Of a DNA stretch of 64,000 bases, positions 38,901-47,900 are shown piece after piece. The stretch is from a virus, in IMG/VR virus record IMGVR_UViG_3300047553_000733, positions 38,185-102,184 of that record; one strand, written 5' to 3'. The notes under the pieces are model-generated. The model had not been told where the DNA came from and made no database searches. It worked only from the letters and a program-made list of their open reading frames with translations. The first letter of the stretch is position 1, and the number at the start of each line of letters is the position of its first letter. The translations under genes and the position numbers were made by a program.

Positions 38901-39507
38901 TAATGTTCCAATCGCGTAGAACTTCTATACCGTCATAAACTGCTTTAAATGTAATTTTACCAGCAGTAGCAGTGCCTGTCCAACCAGTGGCTGTAAATAC
39001 GCCAGTAGTAGGATTTATAGTTGCCTGTATACCATTACTCGCACTATTTGCTACTACGCTGTACACTGGGCCGTTTCCAGTTACTTCTTGACTAACGTTC
39101 CATACTCTAAAAGTGCCTGTTGCATATTGCCAATCTGGAGCCCCAGTTGTTGCGCTACGGGCTAAATAGTGTGGATCATTGGTTAGTTCGCCATAAACCC
39201 TTGTGAATTCATCATAGGTCTTTATCGCTACCTGATTAGAAATTGTGTATACGCTTGGATCTATCCTACTTATAAAAGCATATCTAATATAGTATTGTGT
39301 ATTGGTTTCTAAATTATCAATACTAATAGACGAGCCAACCCCAAACTCAATTGGGGTGACTGTTTGCGGATTAAAATTTACAGTAGTACTATACCAAACT
39401 TTTATACCCAGTAAGTCGTCGCGTACATCACTGGTACGTATAGTATCGTATCTTGTAGTGTATAATAAATGTATGCGTCTAATACCTGGGTATATAGTTA
39501 CTGACAT
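35902..39507 (-). CDS. central straight fibre (T5 pb4 / gpJ C-terminal-like) with FnIII/Ig domains
   Basis: LETNTQYYIRY FnIII motif; TTIDGGKITT..I.A; IEVYD.GVRRVVIGNL ending. Confidence 0.78.
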   Translation of the reverse strand: MSVTIYPGIRRIHLLYTTRYDTIRTSDVRDDLLGIKVWYSTTVNFNPQTVTPIEFGVGSSISIDNLETNTQYYIRYAFISRIDPSVYTISNQVAIKTYDEFTRVYGELTNDPHYLARSATTGAPDWQYATGTFRVWNVSQEVTGNGPVYSVVANSASNGIQATINPTTGVFTATGWTGTATAGKITFKAVYDGIEVLRDWNIINGIGQDAPQIRLVMVPDNFLYRDAGATLAETAQVVATANLTNLTGTATFTVKAYRADGTEITSSNPLFTQNNNTITISRQQFHVSNEVKYAVVRAQIGNVYDEDTILRLDNGTDSITIDVDNPVVQLQADEDGLVDPTEYLETGTVIEVYEGGDKLAVDINSPYSSGTWRITNIDATGIVAEDQPVYTSYSIAFPQHANMTADTAEIAYTVEWRTKSGAIGSRVVKQKFSKSKQGITGASAPQVTLRSAALAFVRPANQPETATSPAYIDVVASTSNVLNPQYVWRIEGLVQTGQTTNTLRINKFTNVASKEIRVDVTGQNAQQEPITLFDEHTLYYLQEGSSVLAAAATPENTPISCDSNNVPDPSQFPLEINTTVVRGSEIIPSNQITYNIVEVVGVTFANPAVNTTTGKITVTGITTSYASFKINFTIGTETVYRIIRFNKVIDGSSAPVVNITADPGLAFVRLKNSTAYNTPSIELSAQVLNIPGAQYAWYVDNVLQSGQVGSEFIVSAFAPTASKLIKCVVSGSGGITAQDIFTVYSVQEGDDSISAGLVNENQTLQADKDGVIYSGQLPITTNFLVFRGAQQVTSNISFSKVAGTETGITSTIDAAGTITVSAFTGTSSGSCTYRATISVPGTTTVTVDKTLTITKTKDGATGQPGAPGNGVTTVYQRWATQPGIATSTTTSPPQFWYATVAEATTANPNYPLWASDATVVTAINGSKVYTWNVPYRVEGIDGTSGSSTAQAYIRSSDLPNPPGAGTANPPIGWYDTIAGTPGTGPVWTTFGTKAAGSSTWTWQQPVRVSGEAGLPLRNATGFLYYGTAQGSAPGPVSASGYNFSTGNFSSVTSGWDTTFTAPSPNNGVSLWAVRYSVQETEYGGAQTVTISSPFTHQNFDGLVTFTNNQYVTSTTATSIATTAASTAVNNAAGNYATNTLSNVTTIDGGKITTNSIYANQLRLGNTSGSTYMKLFENKIEVYDTGVRRVVIGNLSSPAGQA

Positions 39508-39516
39508 AGTTATCCC

Positions 39517-42500
39517 TTACGTAATTGTTGTAACTACTAAAGTGCCCAATACGCTTTCGGCACTATATTCGTTATTTCTGTTCATAGTTCTGCAGGCTAC
39601 CCTATAAGTAACGCCTGCCTGAGAAATTCTGGGAGCAGGTAAATCTAACAAGTTAAACCTTGCTTCCGCCGCACTTTTAATAACTTTGATATTATTAGTA
39701 GTGTTTGGCTCAATTTCCCAGAAATCTTCTACGCCTGTATCTTTGTATAGTCTGTATTCAAAAGTTTGGAAATCTTGTGGTCGCACATATGTTTGTGGTA
39801 CTTTGGCAACTATATACGTATTTTCTAAATCCATTTCTAGTAGTGGTGTTGTTGGATCTAATCCGGCTGAGCCAGCAACAAATGCCTTGCTGACACTCCA
39901 GCTACCAAAAATAGTATTGTCATTATTTGTATATCTTGCTCTAACCTTGTACATTCTACCAGTTTCTAGTCCAGTAAATGTTATACTGCTAGACTGTTTG
40001 TCTGCATATAGAAGTGTACCTGGACTAGTATCACTAAAAGTTTGATCACTACGTATCATTTCAAACTGTACTCGCTGAGCATGCACACTTAATCCGGTGG
40101 CATTCGTAAAGTTTAGCAGGGCAGTTGTTTGATATGTGCCAGTAGATATTTGCTGACTAGTGTCTCTGGTACTGGTAATTTTTCCAATCAGTGGTACGCC
40201 AACAATAGTATTCTGCACAACTCCAGAACTAGCTATTCCAGTGTTTGATCTGTGACCTAATTCATTATCCAAATCTGCAGTATATATTTCAGGGCTATAG
40301 TCTGTTAAGGTAAGTCTTGCTGTTAAGTTATTTCCCGGTTCAACTGATAAAACTATGAGTTCTTGTGACTCTAAGTTTTCAGCTCCCAGCATAACCAAAT
40401 TATCTACTGCTACATTGCTAGGTATACTTTCTACTACAGTAATTGTAGAGTAATATCCGGCAGTAGTTATTCTTGCAAGTGTAAGATAAACACTACCACT
40501 TCCAGCAGTTGTAGTAATATCGTTAGTTCTTATTCTTATCTTATAATTAGCTGCAGGACTAGGGTTTGCATCTAATAATATATCTTCTGTTAGTGTAATT
40601 GTTTTAGTGGTTGTATTGGCTGCTTTAATACGTGCACTTCCAAGACCCCACATAGGTATATCGTGTGTAACCTTTACTAAGTCGCCGCGATTACACACTA
40701 AATATTCAAAATCAGTATTTAGTGTATAAGTTTCTGGTCTTAGCTTTAACTGTGCAAGGTGCCACTTTGCTAGATGTTCTGCCTGTGCAATATTTGTAAC
40801 GCCAGGTAAATTCAGTTCTTCAAATATTTCTGCACCAAGTTTACCATTTCCAGCAGTAGCAGCATATCCATAGTTATAAACATATACTTCTTCTGCCTGA
40901 TAAGCATTGTGCTCATTTTGTATAGTCATACGAAATGCGTGCGGAAGTCTTGGTAATGTTTTTGTAGCTTCAAATCCCCAACTATTATGTGGTGTAAAGT
41001 GTTGAACACTGTGTGCTCTAGGTTTATCTATTATTACACTCCACTTGCCATCTACGAATATAGGGCTTGCTTTTCCGGCAGCACATATGTCTCGTAATGT
41101 ATCCATAATACTTTGAGTACTTGTTATTACAGCATTATAACTTAGTATAGGCATATTTTTTGTTGGCGTTATGGGATTACAAAAATTATGCCACTCAATC
41201 ATTTTATTAACATCTACATGTTGGCTAATTTGTTGATATACACTAGTACTCTCTATATCAGCTAGTCTATATGCATTTGCTGGATGCATTAGTACATACA
41301 AGAATAAACTTGCTGGATTATTAGTGGCGCGGAATTTCCAAGAATTAGTTGACCTATCCCAATCCCAGGCAACTGTTTGCACCAGTGCATTTATTCCATC
41401 TACATTACCATTTGCCTTACTAGTACTTTGTACTTTTATGGCTGTTCTTGCTAATCTGCCACGAGGTAGTTCTCGTATTGGCGGCGAAGTACTATCATAA
41501 CATACTGCATTACTAAGAGTTACAGTATCATAGTATCTATATTCGCTGGTAGATAGCTCCTCTACTTCTGGTGTTACTCTACGTGCACGTAGCTTATATC
41601 TTCCTCTTGGTAATCCACTTATTTTATATACATAGTTAAATGGATCTTTTCTTTTATGAAAACTACCAACTCCACCTATAGTAAATATAGTTTGTGGGCT
41701 AGAAGGGGTGTTTAATCCGGCATTTGGTGTATAAGTAATACGTACCGCAACACCTGCTTTTCCGCCCTTAGTATCCTGAGCTTTTATTCTTAGTGGATAA
41801 GTGCCTGCAACAAAATACTCACTATTAACCATTACATTGCTATAGCTTTCTTCTACTAAATCAGAAACTAATGGTCTATTATCTAGAGTTATTTGTGCTG
41901 TATCATCAACACTTGCTTCAAAATCATAGAATCCTGTATAGGGTAAAGTTACTTGTACAGTTACATCCATGCTAGTGCCGGCACCATTAGCACCAATCCA
42001 TACACCGTTGGATTTTAATAGATCCGACCATTTATAGTATGGTGGGGCTTCAATAGCGTTTGGTACTGTAAGCGGACTTGTTTCCCAAATAGTTTGTTTT
42101 CCGGTATTAGTACCTGTTGGAGCAGTGGTTGGGTAATAGGTACCGCCAGTTACTTTTACTCGAACTTCTCCACTTTTTTGTGGAGAATTATCTTCTCCAA
42201 AATATCCTACTACTATGTCTTCGTAGCTTGCCTGTAAACCATAATATCCTGATTGGCCAGATAAATAATTTACAGTATAAGAGGGTAGTATACCTTCATT
42301 AGAGCTAATGCATATACGATATAATTTTATATAGCCGGCCGGTATTTCAGGTAATCTTTTATAAGTATTATTAATACCTAATAAACTATTATAATTGCCA
42401 CTTCTAAATGTTTCTTGTAGTGTGGCATTTGGCTCATCAAGCGGTGACAGAGTAGAAGCACCACTAAAAGATCGTATAATTCCGCCAGGACCTAAACAAA

Positions 42501-44079
42501 TTTCAAACCATTTATATCCTGGAGCAGTTATTGTGCTGTATCCCTCAGCAGTATCACCATAATAAGTAATTGCAGGACTCTTTAATACTTCGCTATATGC
42601 GGTTACTGATACACTCCCTCCACCAGGATTAAGTGCTGGGGTTGCTTGCCAGTCATTAGTACTTGTAGAGTACGGAGCTACTTGTAACTCTACACTGCAA
42701 GTTGTTTCGCTAACATCTCCCGCTCCATCACCCTTGGACTTGATTCTGCGCATTCCAGCTGGAAAACTAAAAGCTACATCTATGGAAGTGCCTTGCTGTA
42801 CAAACGATATTTCTGACCAAGGGTTTTCTTGTGTAACCCCCGGCTCAGTAAATCCCAAAGTATTTTTAAGTTCAATATTTTTATATACTTGTTCTATGTC
42901 TGTTGGATAGTATTCATTGAATAGCTTTATTTGTGTGGCATCTTCAGCAGGACTGCCCTTCAATGTAATTGGATATGTTGGGGTTGCAGCCAAATCACTG
43001 TAGTAGCTATCCTTTAAATTACTTGCACCAACACAAATATCTTCAACCTCTAGTGGGCCAAATCCCCAAATAATTAACATATTTAAAATGTTGGTGGTAG
43101 TATTGGTCTCAATGTATGGTACTGCTCCTAATAGTCCTACATATCTTACTCTGCCAAGTACAATAGGTATTGCTCCCAGTCTATTTGACTGATTGCTTGA
43201 ACCATTAAATAAATTTAATTGATTTGGCTGCCCAGGATCTTTGCCAGCATCTGGTGGTCTAACTGGCGCAATAGCATTTACTAAAGCCATGCCAGCCATA
43301 GTAATCGCCATTTGTGCAGCTGCAGTATATGCTGCTATTGTGGCCGCACTTGCTCCTGAAGGGGCGAGCGCAGCCCCGATTTGTGGTCCAAAATATACAG
43401 AAGCAACTACTACTGCGAATATAAGTAGTAATCTAGTAGTACTGCGACCTTGTGCAATTGTTCTATAACTAACTTGCTGGCCCTCACGCAGTACTGTTGT
43501 ACTCCACTCTGATTCTTTAATAGGCACACCATCAACCATTAATACTAATCGCTTAGATAGTTTTTCACTGATTTGATATTTGTGGTGTAAAAACTTTACC
43601 AAATCTGTTAGTGTAGTACCTGCTGCCGTCCAATCAGTTAACTTTTGAATACGTAGTGGGTGTGGAGCACCAGTAACATTTACTTCGCCAGAAGTGTGTC
43701 TGTATGTAAAATACCCAGACAGTCTACGCTTCCATAGTGGATTGTTAAGAGACTCAATAACGCTGTCTTGTCCATCACGTGCATGTAGAAATTTGCTATC
43801 GCCTGCATATATACCTATATGTGCAGGCTCATTGTATATATTAAATAGACAAAGATCGCCAATTTCTGGCTTTCGTACTTCGCTCCAGCTATCCTTATGA
43901 TACTGTATAAGTTTAGTAACTTGCTCATCCCAACTACCAGTATACAGATCACTATAGTCTGGCAATTCGATATTGAGTTCTTGTTTATAAAATAAACGAG
44001 CTAATCCCCAGCAATCTACGCCGCTGGTAGTACGACCATTTTCCTGGTATGGTAAACCAATGTACTTATCAAAATTCAT
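39517..44079 (-). CDS. tail tip hub protein (gpJ/Tal-like) with N-terminal NlpC/P60 and gpI-like regions
   Basis: YIGLPY...GVDCWGL...HIGIY...FLHA; IPIVLGRVR, TNNPA, FnIII LETGRMYKVRAR. Confidence 0.88.
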   Translation of the reverse strand: MNFDKYIGLPYQENGRTTSGVDCWGLARLFYKQELNIELPDYSDLYTGSWDEQVTKLIQYHKDSWSEVRKPEIGDLCLFNIYNEPAHIGIYAGDSKFLHARDGQDSVIESLNNPLWKRRLSGYFTYRHTSGEVNVTGAPHPLRIQKLTDWTAAGTTLTDLVKFLHHKYQISEKLSKRLVLMVDGVPIKESEWSTTVLREGQQVSYRTIAQGRSTTRLLLIFAVVVASVYFGPQIGAALAPSGASAATIAAYTAAAQMAITMAGMALVNAIAPVRPPDAGKDPGQPNQLNLFNGSSNQSNRLGAIPIVLGRVRYVGLLGAVPYIETNTTTNILNMLIIWGFGPLEVEDICVGASNLKDSYYSDLAATPTYPITLKGSPAEDATQIKLFNEYYPTDIEQVYKNIELKNTLGFTEPGVTQENPWSEISFVQQGTSIDVAFSFPAGMRRIKSKGDGAGDVSETTCSVELQVAPYSTSTNDWQATPALNPGGGSVSVTAYSEVLKSPAITYYGDTAEGYSTITAPGYKWFEICLGPGGIIRSFSGASTLSPLDEPNATLQETFRSGNYNSLLGINNTYKRLPEIPAGYIKLYRICISSNEGILPSYTVNYLSGQSGYYGLQASYEDIVVGYFGEDNSPQKSGEVRVKVTGGTYYPTTAPTGTNTGKQTIWETSPLTVPNAIEAPPYYKWSDLLKSNGVWIGANGAGTSMDVTVQVTLPYTGFYDFEASVDDTAQITLDNRPLVSDLVEESYSNVMVNSEYFVAGTYPLRIKAQDTKGGKAGVAVRITYTPNAGLNTPSSPQTIFTIGGVGSFHKRKDPFNYVYKISGLPRGRYKLRARRVTPEVEELSTSEYRYYDTVTLSNAVCYDSTSPPIRELPRGRLARTAIKVQSTSKANGNVDGINALVQTVAWDWDRSTNSWKFRATNNPASLFLYVLMHPANAYRLADIESTSVYQQISQHVDVNKMIEWHNFCNPITPTKNMPILSYNAVITSTQSIMDTLRDICAAGKASPIFVDGKWSVIIDKPRAHSVQHFTPHNSWGFEATKTLPRLPHAFRMTIQNEHNAYQAEEVYVYNYGYAATAGNGKLGAEIFEELNLPGVTNIAQAEHLAKWHLAQLKLRPETYTLNTDFEYLVCNRGDLVKVTHDIPMWGLGSARIKAANTTTKTITLTEDILLDANPSPAANYKIRIRTNDITTTAGSGSVYLTLARITTAGYYSTITVVESIPSNVAVDNLVMLGAENLESQELIVLSVEPGNNLTARLTLTDYSPEIYTADLDNELGHRSNTGIASSGVVQNTIVGVPLIGKITSTRDTSQQISTGTYQTTALLNFTNATGLSVHAQRVQFEMIRSDQTFSDTSPGTLLYADKQSSSITFTGLETGRMYKVRARYTNNDNTIFGSWSVSKAFVAGSAGLDPTTPLLEMDLENTYIVAKVPQTYVRPQDFQTFEYRLYKDTGVEDFWEIEPNTTNNIKVIKSAAEARFNLLDLPAPRISQAGVTYRVACRTMNRNNEYSAESVLGTLVVTTIT

Positions 44080-44606
44080 CAGAATAGTCCTGGAAAATAG
44101 TTTGGAGTAAAATTATAGCACGGAAAAGGTTCGCGCGTATAATCAATCATGTCTAGAGTCAGGGTAATTTGGCTAGAGGTATAAGTAGCATTAGTTATAA
44201 AAAATCCTGGAAAGCTGGCTTCTACATATTCCGGATTACTTGCTAAAATTAACTCTAAGTTTACTTGTGTAGGATTTGTTAAGTGATCGCGTATTAACTG
44301 TATAGCTTCCGTTGTAACATAGTTTAAAACTATGTTACAACGCCCTACACCGGCATCCTCTTCGCTTGGAAGCGTAATCTCCAGTGGCAAAAAAACATAA
44401 TTATTGCCTCGACTAGTTACACCATATACAACCTCATCATCTGTAGTTAGCGAATTTAGTCTCTGAATATAGCTATCAGCCAGCCTAATTGGTGCATTAG
44501 GCTGGCTAGGATTTTGTATAGTTAATAGTGTGATAAGTTGTTCATCTGTTTCACTAGAGAACATAGCCTTAATAGCTGCAGGACTAAGTTTCGTTAATCT
44601 ACTCAT
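44079..44606 (-). CDS. minor tail protein (DUF1833 / gpL-like)
   Basis: YVFLPLEITLP, EPFP..NFTPNYFPGLF. Confidence 0.8.
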   Translation of the reverse strand: MSRLTKLSPAAIKAMFSSETDEQLITLLTIQNPSQPNAPIRLADSYIQRLNSLTTDDEVVYGVTSRGNNYVFLPLEITLPSEEDAGVGRCNIVLNYVTTEAIQLIRDHLTNPTQVNLELILASNPEYVEASFPGFFITNATYTSSQITLTLDMIDYTREPFPCYNFTPNYFPGLF

Positions 44607-44971
44607 GGTAATATTTCAAAAGTAATTTGTGTTTGCCAATAACCAGGTGCAAGATACTGCAGTTTAAAAAACTCACCATCTTGCTGTGGAACTATACGCA
44701 CCTCAACGGTGCTGTATAGTCTTGGATGCGTAAATGTAAATCGTTTTGTTCCGCGAAGAGTTTGTGTTACAAAAGTTTCCAGATCTTGCGTATTCTGCGT
44801 AGTCATAATAAAACTCAACTGCATTGTGCTAGGCCTACGGCTGCGAACCCGTTGTTTTGCTGGGCCCGCATCAGTTTGAGTTCTAAGTATATTTACACCT
44901 ACTGATTCGCTAAATCCTTTTTGTGGAGTTTGTGGAAATCCGTTTACTGTAGGCCAACTAGGAATTGCCAT
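44603..44971 (-). CDS. distal tail protein (gpM/Dit-like)
   Basis: WP...PQ, ILRTQTDAGPAKQR, FTFTHP; directly after the tape measure. Confidence 0.8.
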   Translation of the reverse strand: MAIPSWPTVNGFPQTPQKGFSESVGVNILRTQTDAGPAKQRVRSRRPSTMQLSFIMTTQNTQDLETFVTQTLRGTKRFTFTHPRLYSTVEVRIVPQQDGEFFKLQYLAPGYWQTQITFEILP

Positions 44972-44974
44972 GTA

Positions 44975-47900
44975 TTATCTCCTTGTTACTGATGGTTTAG
45001 TCATAAAGTTTCCGCTAATAGCTTGTTGCATAGGACTATTTTTACGACCTACTTCTCCTGCTACCATCTCGCCCACTATAATTTCAATCTTGCGATCACC
45101 GCGACTATCCACTGTTTCACGGGCTTCAGCTTTTTCACCACTGAAGTTATTTACAATAACTTCTACTTTATTACCTTGTGGCTTTGCCATTACACCGAGG
45201 TTACCCTCACTGTCCCTGCGTAGCGGCATAATAGCTTCTGGACCTGCTTCGCCCATTAAACCAGTTCCACGAGCAAATTTAAACAGTGTAGGATTTGTTA
45301 CTACGCTATTAGTAAACATTCCACCTTTAGCAAACTTTTCTACACCATATTCAAATGCTCCGCCTGTTGCACCTGTATATACTATACCAGCAGCATTACC
45401 ACTAGGTCCAGTTACCTTAGTAATATTTGCATTTGGTCCTGCTCCGGCCCCTACCATGCTAGTTAAAAATCCTATTATACCTTTAGCCCCACCTGCGGCA
45501 CTATAGGCTAATAGGGCCTGCTGTTGCAGCTCATATCGTATTAACCCTTCGATCATACTATCAATCATACTCTTAAAGCTAAGTTTACCAGTTTTGGCAA
45601 AGTCTACAATAGCATCAGCCATACCACTAAAAGCATTGCGGAATACTTGGTCATATGCTTGAACTCTACTGGTTAGTTGCGATTGTATTTGAAGTACTTC
45701 TAATCTTCCTTGTTTGGCTTGATCGATAGTTTGTAGATTTAGCTGCAGTACTTCATATAATGCCTGCGCTTCTTTTTGGTAGTCTGCTATTGCATCTTCT
45801 GTAAAGTTAGCTGCTGAAAGTTTTTGGGCAATTGCAAGTATTTGTAAATCATACTGTTTCTTTGCATCAAAGTTTGCTTTTTCTGCTTCTTTTACTGCCG
45901 CTATGCCCTCTAATTTAAGTTGCTGAGTTCTTAACTCATCTTCTGTATATGCAAATAATTGAGCGCGTACACCAAGAATGTCTTGTTGATTTTTTAGAAC
46001 TTGTTGGTCTTTTGCAGACTGTGCTTCTTGAATAGCATACTGCATCTCCATATTTTTTCTAACTCTACTGTAGTAGTTAGCTACCTCAGCTTGACGCTGT
46101 TGTTCTTTTAATATTTCTTGCTCAAGTTTTTGTTGCGCTTGTAGTGCTTTTATTATATCTTCTTTTGCTGCTTTATTCTTAAGTAAAGCATACCAAGTAT
46201 CCAGCGTTGCGGAAGTTATTCCATCTTTTTCAATCTGTGCTATTCTATCTGTAATACCGGATATTTCATCACGTATTACTTTGGTTGCCGCAGTTTGATT
46301 ACGCTCTTGCTGTTCAGTTTGTAACAACTGACGCTGTTTAATCTCTGTATCGCTCAGTATATCTCTGGCACCTAACTTAATTTCTGTTAGTTGTAATTCG
46401 AGATCTTTTTGTTTATTTAAGTCTGCTATACGTTGATTATCGCGGATACGAATCTGTTCTTGTTTTTGTATAAACTCATTCTGATCTACGGCCCTACTTT
46501 GCATATCCAGCTGCACGTTTTTGGCTGCAGTACCTCTACGAGCACTCTGCAGTTGCAGTAGGGCTGCTTCTGTTTGTGGCTCAATATTAGCAGTAGTCAT
46601 TGCACTGCCATCACTGCGAAGTCCTAGTTTACCTAATCCGCCTACTGCACCAAGCTCTTCGGCACGCTTAAGTAGCTGATTAATAAACTTACCTTCAGAT
46701 TCGGTTGAACCACCACGCGCATCCGCTTCTTTCTGTAATTGAGTAGCTTGATCAAATGCTAATCTAGCTTCAGCTAGAGTATTATTTTTAATCATTGTCT
46801 CAATTAACTTAGCTGTTTCGTTTAGCTCTTCGCGTCTTAGTTTAATACTTTCGCGCTCTAAACTAGCTTGTGCAGTTACTATCTCAGGACCACTTAATCC
46901 CTGTAGCAGATTCTTCTGTAAATCAATTATACCTTGTCTAAATGCACGATCTGCAGCACCTTGGATTAACTTATAGCCTGCCCTGATGCTATCATTACCA
47001 ATTTTGATAATCGCATTTTGCATATCCTGCATTTTATTTCTAACGCTGGCCATATCTTCTCTGGCTTGGCGCTCTACTTCTTTTGCGGCATTTAGCTGCT
47101 GTGTATATTGAGTTGTGTCCACGCCTCTAGCGCGAACATTTATTTTATCTTGTAAGGCTTGCAGACGGTCCACTTCCAGTTTTGCGTCCATCAGCTTTTG
47201 TTCGCCACGAACTAAAACTTTTTCTACTTCTGGCAACTGTTGAGCCATTTGTTTTAATTGGACTACCGCTTCGGGGCTTACTAATGCTAAAGATTTTGGA
47301 TCTTTTATTGCTTCTTTAATTGCTGCAATACTGGTTTTTGCATCTTGGGCAGCCAGTTTGAAGTCTATACCTAGCTTTATTAAGCTTTCGCCAAATTTAA
47401 CCATTGGATCAGTAACTGCTAAGCTTTGAATTAGCTTCTCGGCTTCGGTATTAGCACCCTTCATACTTTCGGCAAATTTTTGAGCATCCTCTCCGGCCTT
47501 AACTACGGCATTACGCTGTTCTAAAAATACTGTTGCTGCATTTTCTGCTAATTTAACAGCACCTTTTCTTCCAGATTTTTTAAGAGCTTTTTCAATACCA
47601 GCTTCTGTTAAATCTTCTGTAGAGAGTATACTTGTTAATTTTTCTTTAATAGCTTCTCGTGCAGGGCCTTCAGGTATTTGTGCTAGTTGTTGTGTTAAGT
47701 TGCCGCTAATTGTAGATGTTAAATCTTGAAATGCGCTTTTAACGCCAGGGGTTATTTCCAATATTCCCTCAAAAAGTGTATCCACCCAACCTGCTTTTTT
47801 CTCAGCAGCTGTAAAAGCACTGGTTACTTCATCAATATTTGATGCAAGCTCTCTAAATACATTTGCTCTAGCTGCTAGAGACGCTGTGGTAATTGCGTCG

